Positions 1-10,603 of a stretch of DNA of 61,687 bases are shown piece after piece. This stretch comes from a virus (lineage: Duplodnaviria > Caudoviricetes). The DNA lies in IMG/VR virus record IMGVR_UViG_3300047476_001269, positions 1 through 61,687 of that record. One strand, given 5' to 3'. The first letter of the stretch is position 1. Each line of letters opens with the position of its first letter. Below the pieces are notes generated by a model. It ran no database searches, was not told the DNA's origin, and saw only the letters and a program-made list of their open reading frames with translations. The position numbers and the translations under genes are program-made.

Positions 1-24
1 AAATCGCATAAGAGCAATGACCAA

Positions 25-390
25 ATGACAAGACTATCGGGGCGAGTAGAAAAAGGATGGGGCTCAGAAGAGATTTGGGCCACCAATGATCGATACTGTG
101 GTAAGATCATGCGTTTTGATACCAACGCAAAATTCAGCATGCATTTTCACTCAGAAAAAGATGAATCGTGGTACGTGCTGAGTGGCAGGTTTAATGTATG
201 GTATATTGATACCAAAGATGCCAGTTTGCATGTTAAAGTTCTAGGTCCTGGTGACACTTGGCACAATCCTCCATTATTACCACATCAACTGCAATGTCTG
301 GAAGCAGGAGCGATCATCGAAGTAAGTACTCCGGACAGTGTAGAAGACAATTACCGTGTGGCCCCAGGCGATAGTCAAGCAGCTCGTTAG
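25..390 (+). CDS. Cupin-domain protein (sugar isomerase-like)
   Basis: Cupin motifs SMHFHSEKDESWYVLSG and PGDTWHNPPLLPHQL; N-terminal KGWGSEEIW. Confidence 0.8.
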   Translation: MTRLSGRVEKGWGSEEIWATNDRYCGKIMRFDTNAKFSMHFHSEKDESWYVLSGRFNVWYIDTKDASLHVKVLGPGDTWHNPPLLPHQLQCLEAGAIIEVSTPDSVEDNYRVAPGDSQAAR

Positions 391-1049
391 GATTGGCTTA
401 GCCTAACGTTCTGATCATTTTTATATCTACGCATCACAACATCATATCGGGCAGGATGAACCATTTCATGCTCATCAAATATGTCGTCAATCCAGTGAGC
501 TTTTATCGCACGTAAAATTTCTATATTTTGGCACAAAACTCCTAGCCCACCCGAGTGAATAAATCTCAACTTGGGTTGAGGTACTCGCAAGTACACCTGC
601 TCTACTGCTTCAAAACTTGACACATCATGCATGAGTACCACGGTGTTGGCATGAAAAAATCTGCTCCACGTTACCAAATCGTGCTCAACTGCTTCGCCGG
701 TGTGCAGTCCGTCAATATGCAGTATATCTATGGGTTGGTCCCAGGTGGCGTTAGTATTGTCAAATGTATCTTTAATCAATTGAACATTATCAAATTTGTG
801 CAGGGTTTTAAACTCTACTACTTTTTGATATTGATCAATGTCTCTCTGACCGGCATGTGCATCACCTTCGAATAAGTCAATTCCGTACACCTGACCGGGA
901 TTGTTTTGTGCAAGAACAAAGGTGCTGTATCCGTAATCTACTCCAAGCTCTACTGTAACCTTGGGTTGAAGATATTGCACTAACCAATGGGCAAAACCTC
1001 TGTGCCCTTTCCATGCGCTGGGCAATGTTTCAATAAAATCTGTGGTCAT
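387..1049 (-). CDS. Class I SAM-dependent methyltransferase (Methyltransf_24-like)
   Basis: VELGVDYGYST, IDILHIDGLH and VLMHD motifs. Confidence 0.8.
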   Translation of the reverse strand: MTTDFIETLPSAWKGHRGFAHWLVQYLQPKVTVELGVDYGYSTFVLAQNNPGQVYGIDLFEGDAHAGQRDIDQYQKVVEFKTLHKFDNVQLIKDTFDNTNATWDQPIDILHIDGLHTGEAVEHDLVTWSRFFHANTVVLMHDVSSFEAVEQVYLRVPQPKLRFIHSGGLGVLCQNIEILRAIKAHWIDDIFDEHEMVHPARYDVVMRRYKNDQNVRLSQS

Positions 1050-1054
1050 GCTGA

Positions 1055-1062
1055 TATTTATA
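1055..1062 (-). promoter_or_regulatory. T4-type late promoter TATAAATA, 5 nt before the ATG at 1049
   Basis: Exact TATAAATA on the minus strand; divergent ATAAATA at 1091-1097 on plus. Confidence 0.65.
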
Positions 1063-1090
1063 GCCCTGTAGGGGTATATCTTGTTTTCCC

Positions 1091-1097
1091 ATAAATA
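1091..1097 (+). promoter_or_regulatory. Late promoter ATAAATA heading the tail-fibre operon
   Basis: TAAATA also recurs before genes at 6427, 17975, 21809, 40881, 45973, 46921, 47960, 49081, 51793, 60590 and 61534. Confidence 0.6.
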
Positions 1098-1122
1098 CTA
1101 AAATATTACGGGCAATAGATCT

Positions 1123-1620
1123 ATGCAAACAATTGAAGTTTTTTCATATAAAAACATCCTAGAAATCCAGATCATAGATCCCGCCATCTTCACAACGAGG
1201 AACAGGATCGTGTACAGCAGAACAATAAAAATCTACCAGGGAATTGATAATCCTATACACATTGTAACCAAAAATCAAGATCAAAAATCAGTTGATCTAA
1301 CAGGTTATGATGTACAAATTGACATACAAGATCCCGAGAACGAAGTTACTGTGGAGGCATTTACAGTGAATTTTATCACACAGAACAAAGGACTAGGAGT
1401 TTTTACTATTCCAGCTGGAGTGGTAAATGGACTAGAACAACGTTACTATGAACTTACTGCAAAACTCATAAACACCTCATCAGCTGATGAAACTCCGCTG
1501 TATATTGATGATAACTATGGTTTGAGAGTGCCATTGCAAGTGCTCAGCGGCTTCTATTCAAACACACCAATTGGCACTACAACCATTGAAGGCGTAATTG
1601 ACGCAGGATTATTAGGATGA
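1123..1620 (+). CDS. Putative structural protein (BppU N-terminal/Ig-like baseplate-associated domain)
   Basis: IYQGIDNPIHIVTKNQDQKSVDLTGYDV pattern; precedes a tail fibre. Confidence 0.5.
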   Translation: MQTIEVFSYKNILEIQIIDPAIFTTRNRIVYSRTIKIYQGIDNPIHIVTKNQDQKSVDLTGYDVQIDIQDPENEVTVEAFTVNFITQNKGLGVFTIPAGVVNGLEQRYYELTAKLINTSSADETPLYIDDNYGLRVPLQVLSGFYSNTPIGTTTIEGVIDAGLLG

Positions 1621-4600
1621 CCACAGCTAATATAAAAATAACCAAGGTACTGTTGGGACGAGGTAATACCGCGATAAGTACCAACTATACTGGTGTCATG
1701 GGCGAAGTAACCATGGACACCACGCTGAAAACTCTGCGTGTGCATGACGGTGTGGTAGTGGGCGGGACCAGACTAGCAACCTACAGCGAACTGGCCAATG
1801 TGTCAGTAGGCAACATTGATCTTTCAGGGTATGCAACCACAGCACAGATCACAGCGGCCAATGCCAATGCAGCCGTTCAAGCCGCAGCCATTGCCTCAAT
1901 TAATGCCAATGTTCTAGCTGCTAATGCAGCTATCACAGCACTACAAAGTAATGCTGCTGTGCAGGCAACAATACTAGATACTCTAACCAGCAATGCAGCC
2001 ACACAGGCAATCACACTAAACACACTGACCAGCAATGCTGGTGCGCAGGCAGATTCTTTAACAGCACTGTTGGCCAATGCTGCCACACAACAAAACAGTT
2101 TAACGGATCTGCTGGCCAACGCTGTGACTCAGGCACAACAGATTGCCAATGCTGGCACCAGTTACGGCAATGCCAATGTACAGAGTTATCTGGCTGCGTT
2201 TGACGGTAATATACTACCGAGCGCAAATGTAACTTACAGTCTTGGTGATGCCACACATCAATGGCGGGACTTATGGGTCAGCAACAATACCATCTATATT
2301 GGTAATACTCCTATTAGAGTAGACGGCGGAACACTATTGGTTAACAATGCGCCAATAACCGGTGGATCAACTTATGGTAATGCCAATGTGGCCACATACC
2401 TGACCAGAGGCAATGTCACTGTCGGCAACATAACCATACAAGACGAATATGATCAACAGTGGCGGTTTAGCAATGGTGCATTGATTTGGCCTGCTGGTGA
2501 TGGTACACCCACTGGACCATATATAGAAGGCAGTAGTTTGTTTACAGTATATCCTGAAAATGACGGCGAGTTCAGGATTCAGACTTATTCTACAACCGCT
2601 GTGGGATCTAGGCAGTGGAAATTTAATTCTGAAGGTAATTTAATTGTACCCGACGACGCTACTATCTGGAGCGATCTAGATCTAAGACTGTATGCCGAGA
2701 CAGGCAACATAGCCTTGGGCAATCAGAATGGCACTTGGATGTTCAACGCAGACGGTACTACTAATTTCCCAAATGATAGACTAGAGGTTGCTCAGGGTAA
2801 TACATTTACTATTGGTACAACAACCGCCGGTACCGATGACAACGAAATACAAGTTAATTCTAAAACCATTGATATTATTGCATCAAACATTAATGCTTAC
2901 AGTTGGTCCGAGTTGTTTTTAAACAATATAGATACTTCGGATCCGGTAGCACAAATTCGTGTTAACGCATATGGCGGCACTGAAAAGGTATGGACATTTG
3001 ACGGCACAGGCAACCTAACCTTCCCTACAGGTGCCAATACCAACGGTAGCAGTTACAACGGCGGATCTGCCAATGTGGCGGTGTCGTTAAACTCGACCAA
3101 CAGTAACGGCGATACAGTAAGCATAATAGCACAAGGTGCCAATTCACGAGCTGTGATTGAAACTTATTCCAATGCCGGAAATAATACTTGGCGTTGGATA
3201 TTTGACGAAACGGGCACACTGACCTTGCCTAGCAGTCCGACTTCAATACAGGGAGAGTCAAATCACGATTTTACCATTGGCACCAATAACGGCAATGTTG
3301 CCTATACCTTTACTTTTACTCAGTCGGGTAGCCTCAATGTTCCTGTTGATATTGAAGCGTCAGGTAATGTAGGTACACCAATTGTGACAGGATACGGATC
3401 CGGAAATCTAACAGTCATGGCCAACACACAGTCGTGGTTGTTTGATACCGATGGCATCTTGACCTTACCCAGCAACAGCCAGATTAGATCTGTTGGTAAT
3501 ACTGGAGTAAGACTCAGTGCTGGCGCCAGCGATGTCACTGGCATGTTGTTGAACAACACCGGTGATGCTGAGATCTACGCATTTGGTAATGTGTCTTTAT
3601 ATGCTGATAGCGATAATACATCAATGGGTTGGACATTTGGAATAGACGGTACTCTAACTGCTCCAGGCAATATCACAGCAGGCAATCTGGTACCAGCTGT
3701 TACAAATGATAGCAGTTTGGGCAGTATAGGCCAGGTGTGGAAAAAACTACATCTTGGTACTCAAGGCATTGCTCTTGGCAATGTGTCAATGTCAGAACTT
3801 GGATCTGAGAATCTGTTGCTAAATGTTGGCGAAACAGGCACCACTTCTTGGAAATTTGATACAGACGGAAACATTAAAGGTCCTCAAACTGCCGCGCTGT
3901 ATGGTAGAAATCCTGGTATAGTTTTCAACTATGCAGGCACAGGGCTTGATTTTACCAGCATGCTCACGGAAGGCAGTTTTATTGACCCAAACATAACCAT
4001 CAACACCGGAAATGCAAATACACTAGATCGTTACAAGTGGATTTTTGGCTCCAACGGAAACTTGACTGCTCCGGGCAATATCACAGCAAATTATTTTGTT
4101 GGTGACGGCAGTCAGCTTACCAATGTGACAACAGCTTATGGCAACACTCAAGTGGCCGCGTACCTAGCCAACTACGACGGTATCATCAACTTCACAGCCA
4201 GTCCTGCTACTATAAACACTGGGGAAATCACAGCGGCAAATGTGAGCAGTACCAATGGTTTCTTCTGGGGCAACGGTGTTGCCTACTCAACAGGTGGTGC
4301 TGGTACATATGGCAATACTGAAGTGGCTGCCTACATGTTGACATTCATCAATGCCAACTTTGATACCTTGTTGGCCAACAATTTTACATCTGGTAACGCA
4401 TTTATTTCTGGCGCAGGTGGTATTGGTTATACTCGTGCCAATGCTGTGAGCCGTATTGGCAATGTATACAGTAACTATGGTAACTTCTTGAATCTTACCA
4501 GCGGCAACATCTTCTTGTCGGGGGCAGGTGGTATAGGATACACAGCAGCCAATGCGGTGAGCCGAATTGGTAATGTTTACAGCACCTACGGCAATTTTAC

Positions 4601-5330
4601 CAACTTCAGCACTGCCAATGCCATCTTGACAGGTGGATACATCAATACAATGACCAATGTGGTATCCACATTGGGATCATTTACCAACTTTGAAAGTGGT
4701 AATGTATTGATCACTGGCGGTTACATCAGCAGCATTGCCAATGCCACGGTATCGGGCAATGTCACTGCCGGTAACTTGATTGGTTATGGTAGCAACACCA
4801 GTATTGTAGCAGGTGCATATACAAGCACATTTGATACTGCGGGTATGGTAACAGTGCCTAACTTAACTGTAACTGGTACAGCAAGTATTCCAAACATAAC
4901 AGTAAGTGGCAACGTCAACATCACCGGTGGTGAGTGGCAAGAGTATACACCTGTTTGGACATCAGCCGATGGCAATGCTGCACTTGGTAACGGATTTGTT
5001 GAAGGTAGATACAAGAAGATAGGTAAAGTAGTGCATGTGTACATATATGTAGGGTTTGGATCATCTACCACTTTTGGTTCAGGCGAGTACAAAGTCTCTC
5101 TACCGGTAGCTGGTAGATCAGTAGGCCAGGCCATGCTGAGTTTGGTCATGCACGATGTAGGAACAAGACTTTACAACTCGTTGGCTCACAATATCTATTC
5201 GACTTATGGTACTAATGTGTCATCGGTGACACTGTTCTGGGATACAGGAGTAGTAACACACAGCGCACCATTTACTTGGACTGACGGCGATTATTTTGTT
5301 ATCACTGGAACTTACGAAGCTGGATCATGA
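1617..5330 (+). CDS. Long tail-fibre protein with Mtd/hyaluronidase-type N-terminal anchor
   Basis: N-terminal RG..YTGVMGEVTMDTTLKTLRVHDG; coiled-coil NAA.QA repeats; about 10 W.F...G.L..P repeats. Confidence 0.75.
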   Translation: MTTANIKITKVLLGRGNTAISTNYTGVMGEVTMDTTLKTLRVHDGVVVGGTRLATYSELANVSVGNIDLSGYATTAQITAANANAAVQAAAIASINANVLAANAAITALQSNAAVQATILDTLTSNAATQAITLNTLTSNAGAQADSLTALLANAATQQNSLTDLLANAVTQAQQIANAGTSYGNANVQSYLAAFDGNILPSANVTYSLGDATHQWRDLWVSNNTIYIGNTPIRVDGGTLLVNNAPITGGSTYGNANVATYLTRGNVTVGNITIQDEYDQQWRFSNGALIWPAGDGTPTGPYIEGSSLFTVYPENDGEFRIQTYSTTAVGSRQWKFNSEGNLIVPDDATIWSDLDLRLYAETGNIALGNQNGTWMFNADGTTNFPNDRLEVAQGNTFTIGTTTAGTDDNEIQVNSKTIDIIASNINAYSWSELFLNNIDTSDPVAQIRVNAYGGTEKVWTFDGTGNLTFPTGANTNGSSYNGGSANVAVSLNSTNSNGDTVSIIAQGANSRAVIETYSNAGNNTWRWIFDETGTLTLPSSPTSIQGESNHDFTIGTNNGNVAYTFTFTQSGSLNVPVDIEASGNVGTPIVTGYGSGNLTVMANTQSWLFDTDGILTLPSNSQIRSVGNTGVRLSAGASDVTGMLLNNTGDAEIYAFGNVSLYADSDNTSMGWTFGIDGTLTAPGNITAGNLVPAVTNDSSLGSIGQVWKKLHLGTQGIALGNVSMSELGSENLLLNVGETGTTSWKFDTDGNIKGPQTAALYGRNPGIVFNYAGTGLDFTSMLTEGSFIDPNITINTGNANTLDRYKWIFGSNGNLTAPGNITANYFVGDGSQLTNVTTAYGNTQVAAYLANYDGIINFTASPATINTGEITAANVSSTNGFFWGNGVAYSTGGAGTYGNTEVAAYMLTFINANFDTLLANNFTSGNAFISGAGGIGYTRANAVSRIGNVYSNYGNFLNLTSGNIFLSGAGGIGYTAANAVSRIGNVYSTYGNFTNFSTANAILTGGYINTMTNVVSTLGSFTNFESGNVLITGGYISSIANATVSGNVTAGNLIGYGSNTSIVAGAYTSTFDTAGMVTVPNLTVTGTASIPNITVSGNVNITGGEWQEYTPVWTSADGNAALGNGFVEGRYKKIGKVVHVYIYVGFGSSTTFGSGEYKVSLPVAGRSVGQAMLSLVMHDVGTRLYNSLAHNIYSTYGTNVSSVTLFWDTGVVTHSAPFTWTDGDYFVITGTYEAGS

Positions 5331-6316
5331 TAATTCAAGGTGCTACAATTTCTGGTATCAACATCTACGGCGAATCACCGCTGTATGAATTTACCACTTG
5401 GACCTTTACTAATGGTAATAGTGTAGGCCGTACTGGTCCCACTGTAGGCAATCTCAGGCTGTTGTATAACACCGTGGGCAACACTTGGATCAACAACGAT
5501 GCCTATTTTACCTCAGTGAATGGCATACAGTACTGGACTGTGCCTCGCACCGGAACTTATACTATTCGCGCCAAAGGTGCCCAGGGTGCTCCTGCTACTG
5601 CTACAGGTGGCGGATTGGGTGCAGACATGCAAGGTGATTTTGTTTTAACTCAAGGACAAAAATTACAGATCTTGGTTGGACAAAGTGGTGTTCCTCCTAG
5701 TTCAGCGTTCAGTTATGGTAATGCCAGTCCCGGCGGTGGTGGCTCATTTGTAGTCCTGAACAGTGGTGCAGTGACCACTGTGGCCAACACTGAAGTGATA
5801 CTGGTAGCTGGCGGTGGTGGCGGATCGGGTAATGTAATGTTGGCCAACAGTCAAGCCAATGCCAGCATAGGTGTTAATGGTAGAAATGCTTATTTTAGTG
5901 TTGTGGGTGGAACCAACAGAATGGGCGGTGCCAGTGGTTCATCCACCGACAGTGGAGCCGGCGCTGGATTTTGGGGCAATGGATCAGGATCTTCAGCAGG
6001 CGGTATTGCTTATAGATTCGGTGGTGCTGGTGGAGCAGTTAGTGCTCAGTATGCACCACAAGGAGGTGGCTTTGGTGGAGGTGGATCTGTCACACAAGGC
6101 CTATATCTAAGACACGCCGGTGGCGGTGGTTATTCGGGTGGTGCAGGCTCTACATCGGTTTCGGGCGTCAGCACGTTTGCCCCGGCCAATAACCAACCAT
6201 ATTTTGGCGGCGGAGGCGGCAGCTATAACGCAGGCGCCAATCAGACCAACCAGGGCAACGCACAAGGCAACTACGGAAACGGATCAGTCACCATAACATT
6301 TGTTAGTGCATCGTGA
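5327..6316 (+). CDS. Glycine-rich domain tail/receptor-binding protein
   Basis: GIQYWTVPRTGTYTIRAKGAQG, ILVGQ and GGGGSF motifs of ALK/LTK-type Gly-rich domains. Confidence 0.65.
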   Translation: MIIQGATISGINIYGESPLYEFTTWTFTNGNSVGRTGPTVGNLRLLYNTVGNTWINNDAYFTSVNGIQYWTVPRTGTYTIRAKGAQGAPATATGGGLGADMQGDFVLTQGQKLQILVGQSGVPPSSAFSYGNASPGGGGSFVVLNSGAVTTVANTEVILVAGGGGGSGNVMLANSQANASIGVNGRNAYFSVVGGTNRMGGASGSSTDSGAGAGFWGNGSGSSAGGIAYRFGGAGGAVSAQYAPQGGGFGGGGSVTQGLYLRHAGGGGYSGGAGSTSVSGVSTFAPANNQPYFGGGGGSYNAGANQTNQGNAQGNYGNGSVTITFVSAS

Positions 6317-6454
6317 GATGTTCCTGTAAGTTTGTAAACACCAAGGCACCGTGTCACAAAGCTAATTTTTGCATTAATTTCAAATAAGCGCATACAAGCT
6401 ACCCAGCTTGATGTTTTGTTTCCAAATAAATAACATAATAACGGATCAAAAACC

Positions 6455-9400
6455 ATGGCAAAACAGATACAATTACGTAGAGGAACCACACAAGAACACA
6501 CCACATTTGTTGGAGCGGTGGGCGAAGTCACTGTTGACACAACTAAAGATGTAGTGGTAGTGCATGATGGAATCACATCAGGTGGTGTTCCAGGGGCAAG
6601 AGAACAAGATATCACAGCAGCAAATGCTGCTATTGCCACACTTACAGCAAATGTTGGGCTGCTGCGGGTTGATGTTAATGCACTTGATCCTGGGGGTGCA
6701 GCAGCAGGTCTAGCACAAGTACGTGCTAATGTTACTGCCGCAAATGTAAAAATTTCCAATTTAGAAAGTAATGCTGTAGTACAAGGCGTACAAATTGCAG
6801 GGCTAACCACAGACCTAGCCGGAGCTAATTCGGCTATAACCAGCGTACAAATTTCATTAGGTATTACCAACAACAACTTAGTACAACTACAAAATTCTGA
6901 TACCGCAGTAAATGCAGCTATTGTAAGTTTGGAAACATTTGCATATTCAAATGCAGCTACTCAGGGCTCGTTAATTGATGATTTAAGGGCTAATATCACC
7001 GCAGCCAATGCGGCTATACTTGTGAATACCAATCGGGTGGCAGCAGCTAATATTGAAATAGCAGCACTTGCAGCCAATATTACCGCAGCCAATGTTGAAA
7101 TAACAAATCTTTATAGTAATGCAGCTACACAATCCACACAGATTTCTAGTACCAATGCCAATGTCACAGCAGCTAATGTTGGCATCGCATTAGGAGTGAG
7201 TAGAAGTATTGCAGCCAATGTTGAAATTGAAGCCTTGCGTGGTAATATTACCGCAGCCAATGCTCAGATCATTACTAATACCAATAGATCCACAGCAGCC
7301 AATATTGAAATTGGTAACCTACGTGCAAACATAACAGCAGCTAACGCAGCCATAACCTCTGCCAATGTCTATAATATCAATTTAACAAACAGTACCTACA
7401 CAACTTTGTTAGGTGGTGCAGATAGCAATTTTAACACCTTAAACAAATTAGCCAATGCAGTGGCCGGTGATCCTGCGTATAGCAGCACTGTAAGTGCTAC
7501 CTTTGACAGTATCAGAGCCAATATCACAGCAGCCAATGCAGCCATAGTGGTAAACACAAATCGTGTGGATGCGGCCAATGCAGCCATAGTGCTAACACAA
7601 CAAGGGGTAGATGGTGCTAATGCTAGAGTTGCGGCGGCTAATGTACTCAATTCCGTAACTAATGCTAACTTAACTGCGGCCAATACACAGATAACCAATA
7701 TCAGAAACGTTGTTTCTAGTAATGGAAATGTTTACACCAGTAATGCCGTGATTGGTAATTTATATCTAGGGGATCATTTCTTTGCTAATGGCGCACAATT
7801 TATTGCCAACTCATCCAACTGGGTGTATGTGGTTGAATCACCAGACAACAATACCGCTTATAATATTCCTTATATTGGATCAGATCTAAACAGTACAGCA
7901 GTTTCAGATTCTTACAAACAGTTGTATAGTGATACAAACACACTCACATTTAATCCTGGCACCAACACCTTGACTTCTGGAAATATTTCCACCAGTTCAA
8001 ATGCTCAAGCCACATCAACTACCACTGGAGCCTTAAGAATCACTGGCGGTGCAAGTATTGCTGTTGGTAATCTTTACATCGGTGGCAGTGCTGGCAGAAG
8101 TATTACAGCTACTGGTAACATAGTGGTAACCGGTGATGCATCAACTGCGGCCAATACAGGAGCACTAGTGGTTGCTGGCGGTGTGGGGATTTCAGGTAAC
8201 GTTAATATTGGCACATCCTTGGGATTGATTGGCTCCAATGATCAAGCATTCCGAATGGGTGTAAACAGTCAAGGACAGCTGGAATTTGTTCCAAATCAAG
8301 TGGCTAGTGTGACCAATGGGGTACCAGTATTGATCATTGACGACGATGCTGGTGCAATTTGGGCAAACATTGCATTTGTAAGCAATTCAAATCTTTCAAT
8401 CACAGCCGCTACTAATAGTTTGTCTAGTTCAACTGGTGCGTTACAAGTAACAGGTGGTGCTGGTATTGGCGGTTCTCTGTACACAGCAGGAAATATTGTA
8501 ACTGAATCAACTACAGCTAGCACAGATACCGCCACAGGCGCATTGGTAATTGCTGGAGGTGCAGGAATTGCCGGGGCAATCAACATAGGCAGTGTGGGAA
8601 AAATTGCAGGTAATTTGGTAATTACCTCAACCACTAACACCACTTCCACTACCACAGGTGCATTGGTAATTGCTGGAGGTGCAGGCATAGCCAACAGTGT
8701 GATTGCTGGTGGTAATATAGTAGCCGCATCTGGAACAGAAAGTACCAATGCCACAACAGGTGCACTGGTAGTCACAGGCGGTGTAGGCATAGCAAATAGA
8801 TTGAATGTTGGCGGCAATATTGTAGCACTAGCTACGACACCTAGTACAAACAGCACCACAGGTGCACTGGTAGTTGCTGGCGGTGTGGGCATTGCTGGAA
8901 CAGTGATCGCTGGCGGGAACATAGTGGCATCGGCTGCTACAGCCAGTTTAAACACAAGCACAGGCGCACTGGTAGTTACAGGCGGTGCTGGTATTGGCGG
9001 AGCTTTACAAGTTGGAGGTAATACAGTGCTGGGCAGTGGTACTGCAACTTCTAGCACAACCACAGGCGCACTAGTGGTTTCCGGAGGTATAGGGCTCAGC
9101 GGCGACATTGTGGCAGGCGGCGCTATTGAAATTGCCGGAAACATTCTTTCAACTTCAGGACAAATTAAAGTAAACACCGGGACAGAAAGTACCAGTACCA
9201 CCACAGGCGCACTGGTAGTTACAGGCGGGGTGGGCATAAGCAACAGATTGAATGTTGGCGGTAACGTGGTAATTGATAATAACGCGACTAGTACAAACAG
9301 CACCACAGGCGCACTGGTAGTTACAGGCGGGGTGGGCATTGGTGGTAACCTAGTGGTTGCTGGAAATCTTAGTGTTGGTGGCGGTAGTTTGTCCAGCTTT

Positions 9401-10600
9401 GTAGCTGGCATGGATATGGTAAATTCTACAGACAGCACCAGCGGACATTATGTAAAATTGGCCACTATTCCGGTTATGCAAGCAGCTGACATGGCCGAAG
9501 TAGTAATCAGTTGTTTAGTTACTGGTAGATACTTGCCAGCGGTTGAAGCATATCGGGTGTTTGTGAGAGCAGTAGGATCAAGTGCAACAGGCGCAGTTCC
9601 GCAATTGTATGTGGAATCTTTATTGAATAATCAAGCCAAAGCGACCTTTGATGCCAGTGATTTTGTACTCAGTTATAATGGCAGCACCTATGCAGCCTAC
9701 GATTTATATTATCAATTTAATGATGCTAACCAAAGATTGTTTGCTAAATTTGATCTAGTCACCAGCGAAGACACCACTTATACTGGTAACTATTGGCAAT
9801 TGTTAAGCAGTCAAACCACCTCTGCTTCTATAACCAGTTTAGGAGTTACCTTAACTGGTATAGAAATGGGCAAGAGTGTAAGCAATCTTGTGGTAAGTTA
9901 CAGTGCTACAGTTATTTCGGCTAACACATCAACATCAACTGGCACAGGTGCACTGGTAGTCGCTGGAGGTGTAGGCATCGGAGACCGTTTGAATGTTGGT
10001 GGTAATGTGGTTGTCTCCAGCGGAACATCTAGCGCAAGCACATCAACCGGAGCACTGGTGGTCAGCGGCGGTGTTGGGGTGTCTGGTAACATTATTGTTG
10101 CTGGTAATATTATTAGTCAAAGCAGTTTTACCACACAGATAGCCGCTGGAACAACTGGTACTCGGCCTGGCGTACCAGCAGTTGGTATGATAAGATACAA
10201 TACCACATTACAAAGTTATGAAGGGTATGGCGCAGGCGCAGCTTGGTCCAGTCTTGGAGGAGTTAAGTCAGTTTCTGGAGATGCATATATTAGTGCAGAA
10301 CTGTCAGCTGCCAGCGGCGACGATGTGTTGAGATTTTATTCAGGTAGTGCTGGGCCTAGCCAACAGGTTGCTTACATGAGTGCAAGCAATGTTGGTATTA
10401 TTATCAATACAGCAGCAACCAGCAGCAGCACCGGAGCACTACAAGTTTCAGGCGGGATTGGATTGGTTGGAAACTTATATTCAGGTGGAAATGTGTATAC
10501 AAGTTCTAGAATTGGATTTACTTTTAGTGCAAATGCAACCAGCGTGGTTTATCAACAGTACAATCAGGCAACAAACAGTCTTGATACGGTGTTCGGATAA
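6455..10600 (+). CDS. Long tail-fibre protein (Mtd-N anchor, ANITAANA coiled coil, STTTGALVVxGGxGI repeats)
   Basis: QLRRGTTQEHTTFVGAVGEVTVDT N-terminus; more than 14 TGALVV-type repeats; GMIRYNTT motif. Confidence 0.75.
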   Translation: MAKQIQLRRGTTQEHTTFVGAVGEVTVDTTKDVVVVHDGITSGGVPGAREQDITAANAAIATLTANVGLLRVDVNALDPGGAAAGLAQVRANVTAANVKISNLESNAVVQGVQIAGLTTDLAGANSAITSVQISLGITNNNLVQLQNSDTAVNAAIVSLETFAYSNAATQGSLIDDLRANITAANAAILVNTNRVAAANIEIAALAANITAANVEITNLYSNAATQSTQISSTNANVTAANVGIALGVSRSIAANVEIEALRGNITAANAQIITNTNRSTAANIEIGNLRANITAANAAITSANVYNINLTNSTYTTLLGGADSNFNTLNKLANAVAGDPAYSSTVSATFDSIRANITAANAAIVVNTNRVDAANAAIVLTQQGVDGANARVAAANVLNSVTNANLTAANTQITNIRNVVSSNGNVYTSNAVIGNLYLGDHFFANGAQFIANSSNWVYVVESPDNNTAYNIPYIGSDLNSTAVSDSYKQLYSDTNTLTFNPGTNTLTSGNISTSSNAQATSTTTGALRITGGASIAVGNLYIGGSAGRSITATGNIVVTGDASTAANTGALVVAGGVGISGNVNIGTSLGLIGSNDQAFRMGVNSQGQLEFVPNQVASVTNGVPVLIIDDDAGAIWANIAFVSNSNLSITAATNSLSSSTGALQVTGGAGIGGSLYTAGNIVTESTTASTDTATGALVIAGGAGIAGAINIGSVGKIAGNLVITSTTNTTSTTTGALVIAGGAGIANSVIAGGNIVAASGTESTNATTGALVVTGGVGIANRLNVGGNIVALATTPSTNSTTGALVVAGGVGIAGTVIAGGNIVASAATASLNTSTGALVVTGGAGIGGALQVGGNTVLGSGTATSSTTTGALVVSGGIGLSGDIVAGGAIEIAGNILSTSGQIKVNTGTESTSTTTGALVVTGGVGISNRLNVGGNVVIDNNATSTNSTTGALVVTGGVGIGGNLVVAGNLSVGGGSLSSFVAGMDMVNSTDSTSGHYVKLATIPVMQAADMAEVVISCLVTGRYLPAVEAYRVFVRAVGSSATGAVPQLYVESLLNNQAKATFDASDFVLSYNGSTYAAYDLYYQFNDANQRLFAKFDLVTSEDTTYTGNYWQLLSSQTTSASITSLGVTLTGIEMGKSVSNLVVSYSATVISANTSTSTGTGALVVAGGVGIGDRLNVGGNVVVSSGTSSASTSTGALVVSGGVGVSGNIIVAGNIISQSSFTTQIAAGTTGTRPGVPAVGMIRYNTTLQSYEGYGAGAAWSSLGGVKSVSGDAYISAELSAASGDDVLRFYSGSAGPSQQVAYMSASNVGIIINTAATSSSTGALQVSGGIGLVGNLYSGGNVYTSSRIGFTFSANATSVVYQQYNQATNSLDTVFG

Positions 10601-10603
10601 TAC

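Noticed and set aside
1617-10600. Diversity-generating retroelement suggested by Mtd-like N-termini
   Set aside because: No reverse transcriptase and no TR/VR pair with adenine-specific differences seen in this window.
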